Part shown: one piece after another, positions 19,002 to 31,338 of the stretch
Layout: the number at the start of each line of letters is the position of its first letter
Numbering within the stretch: the first letter of the stretch is position 1
Origin: Escherichia coli
Lineage (GTDB): Bacteria > Pseudomonadota > Gammaproteobacteria > Enterobacterales > Enterobacteriaceae
Assembly (NCBI GenBank): GCA_025544715.1
Contig: GCA_025544715.1_4109.1
Direction: 5' to 3' (one strand)
Length of the DNA stretch: 64,000 nucleotides
Program-made: the position numbers and the translations under genes
Notes under the pieces: generated by a model
Told to the model about the DNA's origin: nothing
Database searches by the model: none
Seen by the model: only the letters and a program-made list of their open reading frames with translations

Positions 19002-22000
19002 ATGACTAATAATTTTAAGTTTCAACCTACACAGATGGCTGAAGCAGTACAGAAGAAGCTTTTTATTAAAAGATTGCCTGAGTGGATGCAAGGCTTAGAA
19101 GATATTCAAAAAGTCAGTGATGATGTTATTCAACAATGGTTTAATCCGGCTGAAAACGAATTAGTTGACGGCTATATTGGTGATATGGGTTCTCCTGCCG
19201 CTGCTGGTAATATCTTCTTACATGAAAGTACTGTAGCACGTCAACTTTATCAGTTGTCCACTGCTTACGTCTCAAAAAATGATGATTCGACAATTCGTTC
19301 AATTCAATTTTATGATGATCTAGTTGGATACATGAATCATTATGGAGCACTAACCGATAATGAAAGCCGTTTGTTCAACGGTAAGTTTTATGCATGGACT
19401 CCAGCTATTAACCCAAATAAAATGAACAATTTTAGCTCATATCTTTGGGACACTAAAAACTCTTATAATATTACTTCACCTGATTACATTGTAATGGAAC
19501 GTGGAGCACTTAATGGTAATACATGGTCACTACAAAACTTTTGGTATACTTTAGGTGAAACTTTAGAAGATGGTTCAATTTTAACTGAAGAATTAATGCA
19601 AGATTCTCGCTTTATTCGTGCCCGTGCTCCAATTATCGAATATAATAAAAATATTGAACTAATTAACTACGGTACAAAATTCCGTGGAACTGTCGATCTA
19701 TTCTCAGATATAATCAAACCTGAAGATATCGTACAAAAAGATATTAATAGTGGCATCCGTATTGATGGTATTATTCCACAAGATGGTATGCGTATTCTAT
19801 TCACCAGTATTGGTAACAATGGTGAAAATAATAGAATTTATAATGTATATGTCAAAAAAATGCAGGATGGTACTCGTGTTTATGGTTTGGCATTAGATCC
19901 AGAAGAAGAAACCGAATCACGCCCAAGTGGTGAACCTCAAGATGGTGATGTTGTTCTAATCACCAAAGGTAATGAGTATGGTAACAGTTCTATGTACTGG
20001 AATGGTTCTTTGTGGGTTCGTGCACAATCAAAAACTAGTGTTAACGTATTCCCTAAATTCCAACTTTATGATCGTAATGGTATCAAACTTGACAACAGTA
20101 CTACATATCCATCCAGTAACTTCAACGGTTCACAATTGTTTGGATTTAAAATAAATTACAACTATGCAACTGATAGTGTATATGGATATAACATCGAACT
20201 TGGTGATTACAATTATTACATGTATGAAAACTTTTTACAATCACAACGTTATACCTATGACCATCTTGGAATTGAAGTTGAAATTGATGGTTTATACTAT
20301 TATAATATTATTGATGAAAATAATGAAATGAATCTCCAAACTGATTGGGTTCGTTCAGAAGAGTACTCTAAACAATATGTAAAACAAACACCACAAGTAC
20401 AACGTACTGACATGTATCGTGTGTTCAGCACTGTTTATGATATGGAAGTTTTTAAAGAACCTGTTGATGGTATGTATGCATATGTTGTTGAAGTTGATAG
20501 AACCTATCAGTACTATAAAGCAGACCGCGAAACTTATCTAGACTGGCATCCAATCACTGGTGATGGTGTTCAGATTGTAAAATATGACCACACATTCGAA
20601 TTAGCACAAAAAGTTTTAGATAATGATTCTGACATAATTGAAGTTGTTGTTGATGGTGTTGATGTATCAAAATATACCAAAAATGTATCAAAAGGTCAAG
20701 TTCAAAGTATCACCTTAGATAGCACTGTAGATTTGGATGAAGATTCAGTTATTCAAATTAGAACTTATAGCAGTACTGTAACTCCTAATAAAGAATTAGG
20801 TGCATATGAAGTTCCAATTAACTTACAAAATAACCCATACAATTCCAATATTATATACATTAACCAAGGAGACTACACTCTACATTTTCAGGATATTATT
20901 CAAAAGAACATTACAAGTGGTTCATCTGACGATTTTAATGATTATGAAGAACGTTTAGCGAAAGGATTGGTTAATAATGGTGTTGGCACTAAAATTATCC
21001 AAAATGAAGCATCTATGCTTCCATTGATGGCACATACTGCAAATGAAGACATTGATTTGTTTGAAGCAACTATGTTTATGCAATCTGAATATTTTAGATT
21101 TATTAATAAGTTTAATACTCAAATGCTTCGTATGTATGATGAAAATCCATCAGATTTTTTGCAAAATAGTGCTGCAAATATTGTTGATTCTATTTTAACT
21201 ACTATCAATATGGGGCGTGATAGTTCATTCCCATTCTATTATGATAATGTTGGGAGTACTTCTGGATTTATTCGTGCATTTATACCACCAACACCACAGT
21301 TCTTGGGTATTCTACAAGCATATGTTCCAGAAAAAGCGACATTCCTTACTGCTGGTAGTAAACCAAGCTGTTATAACATCAGTCATACTGGTATTATTTC
21401 GAAAGCATATCGTGTCATCAATGGTGTTGATAAAATGGATGATGTTGTATATGAATTAGAAAATAGAATTTTTAATAGTATCGATAATAAATTCAAAGAT
21501 GTTGATTATGTTCCAGTTTTGAACAGTGATGATCTTTTTCCTACACCATATTTCACAAAAACCGAATATAGTGCAGAAGAGAAACAAACGCTATTGTTAC
21601 GTGGTTATATTAACTTTACTGCATCTAATGGTATCAGTAATAGTACACATGATTATGATCCTAATAATTGGAGAACTTGGAACTATACCGGAACCTATTA
21701 TGTAGTTAATGGTCAAAGTACTGAAATTCCTGCTCGTGGTTCATGGCGTGCAATTTATACTGACCAATATGGTACATATCGCCCTGCAACACATCCGTGG
21801 GAAATGTTTGGCTTTTCACAGCGTCCAACTTGGTGGAACCAAGAATATGAACCAACTGCTGTTCAAGTTGGTGAGCGTGATAGTGATGTGGTATATGTAT
21901 ATGAAGCACTTGTTATGAATGAACAAGGAGATTTAGTTCCTAGTGGTCTATGGGATATCGACGGCACTATCGGAGATAGTAGTACTGGTACTATTTTGTC

Positions 22001-25000
22001 TGGTGATCGCCGTGGACAGTATGACAAATATAAAAGATTTGGTGTACAGCCATTTAAAATCACAAAAACTGGTAATAAAACATCTTCCGGTATTGATATT
22101 TGTGTTGTTGAATATATTGCACCTGAAATTTTAGGTTTAGTGTCTGGTTCTTTAAATCATAGAGCAGAACCTTGGGCATATGGTGACATGGGTGACATGG
22201 AATTTACATACATGAACACTACATTGTTTGCATATGACCAAATGCTACTTTTGTATAAAGCTAAACCTGCACAATTTGCTAACTATTTTTGGGATACCCG
22301 AAATGACAATTTAAAAGAAGTATTCACTGATGGTTCACAATTCCTTTATGGTGATACACGTAAGCGTATTAATTTTGATAAAAACACTGTAGTTCATGGT
22401 GAAAATAACACAAGAACAATTGGTTATCAAATGTTTGTTAGTGATTATTTGATGTATCAAAATAAAAACATTACAACCAAATATGGGGATGTAGTTCGTT
22501 CTTCTTATATAAATGTTGGTCATAAAATTGGTGGTTTTACTAAAGCAGATCAGCTAACATTCAATGCTAAATCATTTGGTCTTATTTCACAAGAAAACCA
22601 AACTATTGGTCTTGTTCGCTCGAATAATATTCGTGATGAACAAATGAGTGCTATCAAAATTACTTGGAATGGTAGTGCATATCAGATTGATGGATATGAT
22701 TTAGTTGGTGCTAAATTCAAATATAAACTGCCAGTGAAAAATGGTAGAAAAGTAACTCTTAAATTAGAAAACCGCAATGTTGTTCATTATAACGAATGGA
22801 AATCTGAAGCTTCCATTGAATATGGTAAAGTTTTTAATAGTTACCAAGAAGTTTATACTTTTATTTGTGGTTATGGTGAATATCTTAAAGAACATGGCTG
22901 GATTTTTGAAGATGTAAATGATAGTGGTGCTCAACAAGATTGGAACACTATTGCTAAAGATTTTGTGATCTGGAGTCAGAATTCTCTGGTAACGGGTGAA
23001 TTTATTTCTTGTACACCAAGTGCAGCAAATGCTAAATTTGGTGCAGACTTTGGTTCAGTTCAATCTATTACACAAAATAACGGTGGTGTGTGGTCATTAC
23101 TTGATGATAACAACCAAGGTATACGTCAATATGAAATTGAAACTTCTCGTATTGGTAATATCTTTACTGTTAGAACTTTAGAATCCAATAAACGTATAGC
23201 ATTAATTCGTTTAAGTTTGTGTTCATATGAACATGCTGTTATTTTTGATGATAAGACTATTTTTGGTGATTATATCTATCAGCCAACTTATGGTTCTATT
23301 CAAGAATTAATTAAAATGTATGGCTACATTACTGGTTCATGGACTGGTCGTCTACAAGCTCCTGGATTTATTATCTTGGAAGCTGGAACACTACCATCAT
23401 TTGAAAAATTAGTGTCGGATTTCCAACATTATTATGATAGTGAAACTCCAGTAAGTGATGTACAATTACAAGAGTTGTCAAACCATTTGATTGGTTATCA
23501 ATCTCGTGATTATCTACAGCGTATGATTAGTAGTGATGTTAGTCGTGTTGATTTCTATAAAGGATTCATTCATGATAAAGGTACTAACCAAGTTTTAGAA
23601 CGTGTACTTCGTGTTTCTAAATCATATGACACTGATGAATATAAAGCATTACAAGAATGGGCATTTAAAATTGGTACATATGGTAATATTGATGGTAAGA
23701 AAAATCTTCAATTTAAATTGATTAATGACCAATTTAAACAACAACCTCAAATGGTTTCTTTTGATGTAAATGCAACTTCAAATGGTAATGGTAATCATAT
23801 TGTATACTTTGGTGAGCAGGGTAAAGATCCTCGTTGGATTACACGTCCAAATGGTAAGTTCTCATTCCCAATGCGTAGTGGAAGAAGTGAAAATATCCAA
23901 CTTCCAGATATTGGTCCAGTAACATTGGATGAAGTATCGTACACAACAAAAGATTTCAGTACTGCATATAATGACCGCATAACTTATACTAATGGTAAAG
24001 GTGAAAATCCTGAATCTGTGTGGATGTTTAAAGACGGTAATGGCTTGTGGAACATTTTTGAATTGGTTGATACTAATGTGCAAATGGTTTCTATAACACC
24101 TATTGAAAATACCGATGTGTATGCTGAACAATTTTGTAAAGTAACTTTAACTGATAATGTACCACTTGAAGATGGTGATTATTATTATTTTGTTGATGAA
24201 ACTAACTTTATGCCAGATACTTTAACAGTAGAAAGTCAATATTATACTGCTGGTTCTGATCCTAAAGTTATGGTAGTTCCATTTGACACTTCTATTGATA
24301 TTGAATTTACTGATCCAGATACACGCCCACGTTTGTATCGTTATGTATCACGTTTTGTCAGTACTGATGAACGTCAAGCTTACATTGACAAGAAATATAG
24401 TTTTAAAGCACCACAAAGTACTTTATTTGATCGTCCAACAACATATGACGAACGTACTAACATTACTGAGCTATATCTAAACGTTTATGACCCAATTAAT
24501 GGTGTTATTCCAGGTGCGGCTATGCAAAACGTAACATATACTTCACCAGTTGATCCTGCACAGTATAATAGTAATGGAGAGTTAATCCAAGCTTGGGGTG
24601 CTGATAAAGTTGGTCAAGTATGGTGGAACACTAGCACTGCATTTTATTTGGATTATACTCGTGCAATTTATGACGCAGACGGTAATGTTGACATTGATGC
24701 AACAAATGAATACAAACGTTACAACTGGGGTCGTTTATTACCACATAGTACAATTGATGTGTTAGAGTGGGTTTGTTCACCAGTTGAGCCATATAACTGG
24801 GACAAATACTGTAAAGATGTTGCTAAGAAAAACAAAAATAATACTATGTATCTACCAAGTGGAACTGCACTTGAAGATAATTATAGTACATTTTTGGAAT
24901 ATGATAGTTCAACTGATAGTTATGTGACAAAATACTATTTCTGGGTACGTGATACAATTTATGTACCACCACTACATACCAGAACAAAATCATGTACTGA

Positions 25001-28000
25001 CATTGCTCGTATTATTAAAGATCCAACACAGCTAAACATTCCTTGGTTCGCTCCAATCAATGAAAACTCGTTTATTCTTAGTAATATGCAATTTAAAGTT
25101 AATGATGATACCAGTATTTTAACTGTTTCTTATTACATGGATAGTACTGAAGTTGTTAAACATGACCAGTATCAACTATGTAAAGAAGGTGACAGCTATA
25201 ACTTTAACCCACTAATTTGGGATTCAATGTGGAACTCACTAATTGGTCAAGAAACAACTGAATCAGGTTCTGTGATTAATTTATTATATCCAGATGTTGA
25301 TAACGGTTTAGGATCAAACAAAACTTGGTTCCAAAATGTTATAGAAGCTCGTAGAAACTTTGTAGAAAGTGCTAATAATTATTATAGGTCACAAAACATA
25401 ACCACTAATAGTGTTGTTATGGAAGATGTGTTTAATGTTAAAACCACTGAAGTTAACCCGAATGAAGTTTCTTTCCGTGTATTGTCTTACAATAATGAAT
25501 TAGTTATTGCAGTTGAAAGTGATAAATTTAAAGAAAATGACGCTGTTATTTTAAGTACTAGTGGATATCTACCAAATCCATTAACTTCTAGTGCTGTTTA
25601 TTTTATTCACTTCGACGAAAATGGATATATTCAGTTAATGAATAGTCCAGCAAACGCGGGTAGTGTTGTTACTATAACGTTAGAGAACAAAGGTGAGGGT
25701 CAACATAAAATGATTAAACAATCTGATTATGTTGAATCACTAGGAACTTCATTGGACATGACTCAGTACTGGTCATATGCTGATTGGTATGATGTTGGGT
25801 ATGATAGTAACACGACTTATACTCAAGAGTCAAGCTTAGAAGATGCTAATACTAAAAACTACCAAGTTGGTGATATTATCAGAGTTACCGATAGTGAAAA
25901 CATTTGGACATTGTATATTAAATCACAATCACGCGATTCAATTTATTGGAAAGCGATTGGTCGTGAAAACAGTACAGTTGAACTCAATGATATGCTTTAC
26001 GCAGATTATAGTGTTCATAATGATAATGGTTCACTAAGCAATCGTGAAATCAACGTTCGTAAAGCACTCGCTTTACTCAAAAATTCTTTCGATTTACATC
26101 AAAGCGAAATTGTTTTTGATATGGTCAAATATGTACATGTTGAACAAAGTGTTGTGGATTGGGTATTTAAAACATCATATATCTATATTGTTGGTTTGGA
26201 ACAATCATTAGTTCAAAACTATTCAAACGATAATTTGATTAATCAAATTGTTGAATATTTTGAAGAAGTTAAACCTTATAGAACTAAAATTCGTTCACAA
26301 ATAGAGCAAAAGACATCTGATGATGATTTAATAAAAGGTCTGTGTAATGATTTAGATCCTAATGGATATATTTTCGTTGACGGTTCTTGGGTCAAAACTG
26401 AAAAAGATATTTGGGATTATGAGTACGCTCAATTTAATGAAATTACCCAAAAATGGGAACAGGTAGGTTCACTACCAAGCGATTTCATTACACCAAATAG
26501 AAGATTCCAAGAAATTGATATTATTATGCATTACGATAACATTCAATGTAAACCAAATGCAGATTTGGCAAGCATAAATGAATTAGTAAGTGTTAATAAC
26601 AAATATCAATCCAATGAAAAGGATGCTGTTAGTAACTATGAATTACAACGTTATATATATTCTTTCCCAGAATATAGTGAAGAAACTTTCGATCTTCTTA
26701 TTGCTTATCAAATGCAAATCTACTATCCAGAATTGGATGTAACACTAGGAACAGCATATGGCGTTAACCAGTGGTATAAAGACCATGCGGAAGATTTAGA
26801 AGCAACTGATGAATTTACTGCTACATTGGAGCGTGTTTATAAAGAATCAACGCAGAACGATATGTTTACTGACCTTAGACAATATGTTCAGTATAACACA
26901 TTGGCAAACCGTTTGAAACTTTATAAAGATATAAGTGATGAGAAAATTCACGATGAAGTTGGTTGTGGATTTAGTGGACTTACTTATAATGACAATCCTA
27001 GTACTAGACTTCCATTAGGCTTTTCTTCTAGTAATGATTATAACTATGGATATTTTGAAATAAGCAGTGAACTGTATCAAAAATATATTTCATTAATTAA
27101 AGATAAAAATCCTGACGCATCAGACTATGAAGTAAAAGTTAAACTTGAAGTTGAGTATGGTGTATATGTTTATCGTTATGATGAAGTCGGTGGTGATACC
27201 CGTTTCTATACTGATGCTATTCACGTATTAGCAGGTATGAGAGGGTTATTCGACAAAGACGCTACTGATAAGTACGAAAAAGCTGAAGAGATTCTTAGTA
27301 AAACCCCAATTGATATCTATGCAATTACAATGATTCCAAGAAAATATGTTTACTTAAATGTTAACGGTGTATATCAAAGTATACCTGATGAACAAAGTAT
27401 TGATGATTTCATGGAAGATTATTTTATCACAAATGGTGAAATGATTGAACTAGCTGAAATAAATCTAGATGATTTACCACTAGATCAAAATAACCCAATG
27501 TATTCAGATTATCAATATATACTTGATAGTATTACTGAAGCTAAGTACTTCAATGATATGAATGCATTTGATAACCTAGCATTAGAATCTCAAACTTCTT
27601 CAATAAAATGGGAAGTTAAAGATGATGAAGTTGATCCTTATATTGTGGATATATCTGATATAAACCCTTCTGGGCGTGATGTTGGTCAAATTAGATTTAC
27701 AGTTGATGGATATGGGTTTGACAATGTATCTCTTGTACAACTACGTGATAACAGCAGATATCAAACTGAAGGTATGGCAATTATCAATCCATATAAACAT
27801 ACAGAAGCAATTGTTAGTATTCCTTCATATGCTAAGATTGAAAATGATATTAATAAAACAACATCGAAGTTTGATGAAAAATATTTCTATCGTGTGAGAT
27901 CTATTAATAGCTTAACTGAAGCAGAAATAGTTGACAATGACCTATCTGATGGTGATAAGGTGATGATTTTCACTCCTGATGGTGAAGATTTTGTGAGATA

Positions 28001-28973
28001 TCAAAATCACACATGGGAAACAATCTTGCGTGTATCTAATATCAAAAACAATACAACTCCGATCCTATTCACTGTAAGAAATACAGGTAAAGAAACGATT
28101 GAATTGATTGATGAGAGTACTGGTGCAGTTCTCCGTTATGATAATATCACTCTTGCACAACAAAATGAGCCAGTACAGCCTCTTGCATTGAACATTGTTC
28201 GTGTTAGAACATTTGCTGACCCAGAATTTGTGAAGAATGGTATCAAATTGTACGAACAAAATAGAAATTACACAATTGATGTAATTAATTATGATGTTTT
28301 CTACGATACTACTTTAAATGGTGGTAAGTACAATGACGGAATAACACCAGATGACGTTGACGTTTGGGTAATCTCTAACGAAATATTTGATGTTGATGGA
28401 ATTACTATCGACAACGGTTATAACCTACCAATTACTGGTGCGGGAGTTCTTAGTGAATTAGCAAGAACTAAAATGACTGATAGTTTAGAAATCAACGTTA
28501 TTGAATATGATTCAAGTGTTATTCAACCGTTTAGAAATAATGAAGGTATATGGGTTTATGGATATCCAATGGTTGACGGTATGTACATCGGTGTTGTTGG
28601 TGGTACGGTTACTAACATCACAACCATTAGTGAAGAAAATACAACCTATGTTTCTCAACCTAAATCAATAAGTCCTTATAGTATTAGAAATAATGTTTTA
28701 TCCGGTTCAGCCGCGAACATGAATGATATTATATCGATTGGATATGAAAAAGTTGAAGTTAGAAATGCAAATAATTTACTTCGTGGAGTAATGTATAGTG
28801 CAGAACATGATTTTAAACTTAATACTACATATTCATTCAATGGAATTAATTTAGGTAATTATGATATGTTAAAACGTTACACACAAAATAGTTACACTAT
28901 AGATCTTTCAGTATACACTGATAGTCTACAAGTTAGTGGTAATGATATTAAAAATATATTATTAGTTAAGTAA
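19002..28973 (+). CDS. Giant virion structural protein (~3,323 aa), candidate expanded baseplate/host-recognition protein
   Basis: Uninterrupted ORF; ATG 19002 has a GGAG RBS 7 nt upstream (ATG 18972 has none); bounded by strong terminators. Confidence 0.7.
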   Translation: MTNNFKFQPTQMAEAVQKKLFIKRLPEWMQGLEDIQKVSDDVIQQWFNPAENELVDGYIGDMGSPAAAGNIFLHESTVARQLYQLSTAYVSKNDDSTIRSIQFYDDLVGYMNHYGALTDNESRLFNGKFYAWTPAINPNKMNNFSSYLWDTKNSYNITSPDYIVMERGALNGNTWSLQNFWYTLGETLEDGSILTEELMQDSRFIRARAPIIEYNKNIELINYGTKFRGTVDLFSDIIKPEDIVQKDINSGIRIDGIIPQDGMRILFTSIGNNGENNRIYNVYVKKMQDGTRVYGLALDPEEETESRPSGEPQDGDVVLITKGNEYGNSSMYWNGSLWVRAQSKTSVNVFPKFQLYDRNGIKLDNSTTYPSSNFNGSQLFGFKINYNYATDSVYGYNIELGDYNYYMYENFLQSQRYTYDHLGIEVEIDGLYYYNIIDENNEMNLQTDWVRSEEYSKQYVKQTPQVQRTDMYRVFSTVYDMEVFKEPVDGMYAYVVEVDRTYQYYKADRETYLDWHPITGDGVQIVKYDHTFELAQKVLDNDSDIIEVVVDGVDVSKYTKNVSKGQVQSITLDSTVDLDEDSVIQIRTYSSTVTPNKELGAYEVPINLQNNPYNSNIIYINQGDYTLHFQDIIQKNITSGSSDDFNDYEERLAKGLVNNGVGTKIIQNEASMLPLMAHTANEDIDLFEATMFMQSEYFRFINKFNTQMLRMYDENPSDFLQNSAANIVDSILTTINMGRDSSFPFYYDNVGSTSGFIRAFIPPTPQFLGILQAYVPEKATFLTAGSKPSCYNISHTGIISKAYRVINGVDKMDDVVYELENRIFNSIDNKFKDVDYVPVLNSDDLFPTPYFTKTEYSAEEKQTLLLRGYINFTASNGISNSTHDYDPNNWRTWNYTGTYYVVNGQSTEIPARGSWRAIYTDQYGTYRPATHPWEMFGFSQRPTWWNQEYEPTAVQVGERDSDVVYVYEALVMNEQGDLVPSGLWDIDGTIGDSSTGTILSGDRRGQYDKYKRFGVQPFKITKTGNKTSSGIDICVVEYIAPEILGLVSGSLNHRAEPWAYGDMGDMEFTYMNTTLFAYDQMLLLYKAKPAQFANYFWDTRNDNLKEVFTDGSQFLYGDTRKRINFDKNTVVHGENNTRTIGYQMFVSDYLMYQNKNITTKYGDVVRSSYINVGHKIGGFTKADQLTFNAKSFGLISQENQTIGLVRSNNIRDEQMSAIKITWNGSAYQIDGYDLVGAKFKYKLPVKNGRKVTLKLENRNVVHYNEWKSEASIEYGKVFNSYQEVYTFICGYGEYLKEHGWIFEDVNDSGAQQDWNTIAKDFVIWSQNSLVTGEFISCTPSAANAKFGADFGSVQSITQNNGGVWSLLDDNNQGIRQYEIETSRIGNIFTVRTLESNKRIALIRLSLCSYEHAVIFDDKTIFGDYIYQPTYGSIQELIKMYGYITGSWTGRLQAPGFIILEAGTLPSFEKLVSDFQHYYDSETPVSDVQLQELSNHLIGYQSRDYLQRMISSDVSRVDFYKGFIHDKGTNQVLERVLRVSKSYDTDEYKALQEWAFKIGTYGNIDGKKNLQFKLINDQFKQQPQMVSFDVNATSNGNGNHIVYFGEQGKDPRWITRPNGKFSFPMRSGRSENIQLPDIGPVTLDEVSYTTKDFSTAYNDRITYTNGKGENPESVWMFKDGNGLWNIFELVDTNVQMVSITPIENTDVYAEQFCKVTLTDNVPLEDGDYYYFVDETNFMPDTLTVESQYYTAGSDPKVMVVPFDTSIDIEFTDPDTRPRLYRYVSRFVSTDERQAYIDKKYSFKAPQSTLFDRPTTYDERTNITELYLNVYDPINGVIPGAAMQNVTYTSPVDPAQYNSNGELIQAWGADKVGQVWWNTSTAFYLDYTRAIYDADGNVDIDATNEYKRYNWGRLLPHSTIDVLEWVCSPVEPYNWDKYCKDVAKKNKNNTMYLPSGTALEDNYSTFLEYDSSTDSYVTKYYFWVRDTIYVPPLHTRTKSCTDIARIIKDPTQLNIPWFAPINENSFILSNMQFKVNDDTSILTVSYYMDSTEVVKHDQYQLCKEGDSYNFNPLIWDSMWNSLIGQETTESGSVINLLYPDVDNGLGSNKTWFQNVIEARRNFVESANNYYRSQNITTNSVVMEDVFNVKTTEVNPNEVSFRVLSYNNELVIAVESDKFKENDAVILSTSGYLPNPLTSSAVYFIHFDENGYIQLMNSPANAGSVVTITLENKGEGQHKMIKQSDYVESLGTSLDMTQYWSYADWYDVGYDSNTTYTQESSLEDANTKNYQVGDIIRVTDSENIWTLYIKSQSRDSIYWKAIGRENSTVELNDMLYADYSVHNDNGSLSNREINVRKALALLKNSFDLHQSEIVFDMVKYVHVEQSVVDWVFKTSYIYIVGLEQSLVQNYSNDNLINQIVEYFEEVKPYRTKIRSQIEQKTSDDDLIKGLCNDLDPNGYIFVDGSWVKTEKDIWDYEYAQFNEITQKWEQVGSLPSDFITPNRRFQEIDIIMHYDNIQCKPNADLASINELVSVNNKYQSNEKDAVSNYELQRYIYSFPEYSEETFDLLIAYQMQIYYPELDVTLGTAYGVNQWYKDHAEDLEATDEFTATLERVYKESTQNDMFTDLRQYVQYNTLANRLKLYKDISDEKIHDEVGCGFSGLTYNDNPSTRLPLGFSSSNDYNYGYFEISSELYQKYISLIKDKNPDASDYEVKVKLEVEYGVYVYRYDEVGGDTRFYTDAIHVLAGMRGLFDKDATDKYEKAEEILSKTPIDIYAITMIPRKYVYLNVNGVYQSIPDEQSIDDFMEDYFITNGEMIELAEINLDDLPLDQNNPMYSDYQYILDSITEAKYFNDMNAFDNLALESQTSSIKWEVKDDEVDPYIVDISDINPSGRDVGQIRFTVDGYGFDNVSLVQLRDNSRYQTEGMAIINPYKHTEAIVSIPSYAKIENDINKTTSKFDEKYFYRVRSINSLTEAEIVDNDLSDGDKVMIFTPDGEDFVRYQNHTWETILRVSNIKNNTTPILFTVRNTGKETIELIDESTGAVLRYDNITLAQQNEPVQPLALNIVRVRTFADPEFVKNGIKLYEQNRNYTIDVINYDVFYDTTLNGGKYNDGITPDDVDVWVISNEIFDVDGITIDNGYNLPITGAGVLSELARTKMTDSLEINVIEYDSSVIQPFRNNEGIWVYGYPMVDGMYIGVVGGTVTNITTISEENTTYVSQPKSISPYSIRNNVLSGSAANMNDIISIGYEKVEVRNANNLLRGVMYSAEHDFKLNTTYSFNGINLGNYDMLKRYTQNSYTIDLSVYTDSLQVSGNDIKNILLVK

Positions 28974-28974
28974 T

Positions 28975-29011
28975 AAAAAAGGAGAGCATATTGCTCTCCT
29001 TTTCTTTTTTT
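28975..29011. terminator. Bidirectional terminator between the giant structural gene and the ClpA-like gene
   Basis: A6 then GGAGAGC-atatt-GCTCTCC then TTTTCTTTTTTT. Confidence 0.85.
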
Positions 29012-31298
29012 ATGCCAGTGCTTTATCTACAGCTTTGGAACGTTTCGGTTTAATACCGATTTTACCATCAATAACATCAAATGTAATGTTACCACCATTC
29101 ACAAGTGAACCACACAACATTTCTTTAGCTAGTGGTACACGAATGTTTTGTTCAATGGTACGTTTCATTGGACGTGCACCCATGCCAACTTTTACCCCAT
29201 TTTTCGCAAGCCATTCACGTGCAGCTTTTGTCAATGTAACTTTAACATTGCGGTCTTTGACTTGTTCATTCAAACTGCCCATGAACTTATCAATGATGCT
29301 GTCAATAGCTTCACTGCTTAGGTCTTTAAACGTAACGATACTATCAATACGGTTAATGAACTCTGGTGGCAAGAATGCTTTAATTGCCTTGTCTTGTGCA
29401 GTATCACTACCGCTCATACCAATGCTACGCTTCGTTGAATCTGCCGCACCAAGGTTTGTAGTCATAATAACAGTTACGTTATTAAAATATACAGTTTTAC
29501 CTTGTGAACCAGTCAGGCGACCTTCATCCAAAACCTGTAGGAAGGTTAGTAGTACTTTACGATCTGCTTTTTCAATTTCATCAAGTAACAGTACTGCATT
29601 AGGGAACTGCTCAATTTTATCCAACAGTAAACCGTTACCAGAATCATGACCAACATAACCTGGAGGTGAACCAATTAGTTTAGAAACAGTATGTTCTTGA
29701 GAAAATTCTGACATATCAAAGCGAATCAGTTCCGCACCAGTTGCATCTGCTAATGCTTTGGTAATTTCTGTTTTACCAGTACCAGATGGTCCAACAAACA
29801 TAAATGCACCCTGAACACTAGATTTGTCACGCAGTCCTGCACGAGCTACCATCACGTTATCAACTAATTTTTGAATAGCTTCCTCTTGACCGTATACACG
29901 TGAGCGTAGTGCATCTGGTAGATTACGCATACGATCACTTTCAGTACATGCAACCACGTTGATATCCAAATTGGCAATGCCAGCAACAACTTCTTGAATC
30001 AAATTGGCAGTAATAAGCTTACTATTGTTGTCACGTGAACGAACTTTAGCAGCAGCAGCGTCCATTAGATCAATCGCTTTATCTGGGAAGTGCTTATTCT
30101 TCAGGAATTTATCACTGAGAGAAATTACAGCATCCATTGCATCAGTTGTGAACTCAACATTATGGAATTTTTCATAAGTTGGTTTCAAACCATTAACAAT
30201 TGCACGAGTTTCATCAATTGTCGGCTCAACTACATCAATTTTCATAAAACGACGAGTTAATGCACTATCTTTCTCGATATTTTTACGATATTCATCATAT
30301 GTTGTTGCACCAATTACACGAATCTCACCACGTGAAAGTGCTGGCTTAAGCATATTGCTCATGTCCATAGAACCATTACTTGCGGAACCAGCCCCAACCA
30401 TAATATGAATTTCATCAATGAAAACAATAGTATTTTCACGTTTCTTTAGTTCTTTTAGCAAATTGTCGATACGTTCTTCAAACTCACCACGATACTTAGT
30501 ACCAGCAGTCAATGCACCAACATTTAGTGAAAGAATTTCAACGTCTTTCAGGTGTTCAGGTACGTTGCCGTCAGCAATAGCTTGTGCAAGACCGTCGATG
30601 ATTTGTGTTTTACCTACACCAGCTTCACCAGTGAGAATAGCATTCTTTTTGGTCTTGCGAGCAAGAGTCTCAATCAATGCAGACAATTCTTTCTGGCGAC
30701 CAATCATAGGATCTAGTTTGCCTTCTTTTGCAAGAGCAGTTAGATTCGTTGTATAGTCTTCCAAACCTTTTTGTTTAGATGATTGCTGCTGTTGGGCCAC
30801 TTTTTTATCTCCAATCGGTTCGTCATTAATGCTTTGTAAGTTGATACCCTTATCAAGTGACTCAACGTGTTTTTGTAATGCACGTGCAGCTTCAGTACAG
30901 CTAACACCTTCTTCTTTTAACGCAGCTTCTAGTGCTGTGTTAGGGAAAGACAGACATTCGAATAGAACAAAATATGCATCAATCGAAAAATCATCACTTT
31001 TTAGTTGTTCAATAACTGATTTTTTAGAAAGCTCATGTACAACGCGATTCACTAGAAGTGAAGTACGATTCGCGTCTTCATCTTTAACACTTTTTGGTGC
31101 ATGTGGAACTGTTGTATTTTTAAGATAGTTCATCAGGCGGTTGTGCAGTTTGTCTGCATCAATGTTCATATCTTCAAATACGTTCTTGATGCTATCAATA
31201 GTCAGTACTGTGGCACTTACGTGGTCAATAGTCAAGAATGTATGACCTAGAGATGTTGCCAGTTCGTCGCTTTTTTTGAACAATTGAGTAAGATTCAT
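29010..31298 (-). CDS. clpA: ClpA-like two-ring AAA+ unfoldase (Clp N-domain, D1 and D2)
   Basis: 762 aa; D1 Walker A GEAGVGKT, Walker B IVFIDEIH; D2 Walker A GPSGTGKT, Walker [10 protein letters not shown]; collinear similarity to E. coli ClpA (recalled); IGM tripeptide (SIGMSGSD) at the position of the ClpA IGL ClpP-docking loop. Start taken as ATG 31298 with AGGAG RBS; ORF track GTG 31319 overlaps the RBS. Confidence 0.85.
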   Translation of the reverse strand: MNLTQLFKKSDELATSLGHTFLTIDHVSATVLTIDSIKNVFEDMNIDADKLHNRLMNYLKNTTVPHAPKSVKDEDANRTSLLVNRVVHELSKKSVIEQLKSDDFSIDAYFVLFECLSFPNTALEAALKEEGVSCTEAARALQKHVESLDKGINLQSINDEPIGDKKVAQQQQSSKQKGLEDYTTNLTALAKEGKLDPMIGRQKELSALIETLARKTKKNAILTGEAGVGKTQIIDGLAQAIADGNVPEHLKDVEILSLNVGALTAGTKYRGEFEERIDNLLKELKKRENTIVFIDEIHIMVGAGSASNGSMDMSNMLKPALSRGEIRVIGATTYDEYRKNIEKDSALTRRFMKIDVVEPTIDETRAIVNGLKPTYEKFHNVEFTTDAMDAVISLSDKFLKNKHFPDKAIDLMDAAAAKVRSRDNNSKLITANLIQEVVAGIANLDINVVACTESDRMRNLPDALRSRVYGQEEAIQKLVDNVMVARAGLRDKSSVQGAFMFVGPSGTGKTEITKALADATGAELIRFDMSEFSQEHTVSKLIGSPPGYVGHDSGNGLLLDKIEQFPNAVLLLDEIEKADRKVLLTFLQVLDEGRLTGSQGKTVYFNNVTVIMTTNLGAADSTKRSIGMSGSDTAQDKAIKAFLPPEFINRIDSIVTFKDLSSEAIDSIIDKFMGSLNEQVKDRNVKVTLTKAAREWLAKNGVKVGMGARPMKRTIEQNIRVPLAKEMLCGSLVNGGNITFDVIDGKIGIKPKRSKAVDKALA

Positions 31299-31338
31299 GT
31301 ATTCTCCTATGTGATTCACGTCACTCTAATTAATAAAC

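Noticed and set aside
29035-31128. Plus-strand ORFs 29035..29649, 30418..30756 and 30829..31128
   Set aside because: Antisense to the ClpA-like gene, whose motifs are unambiguous.
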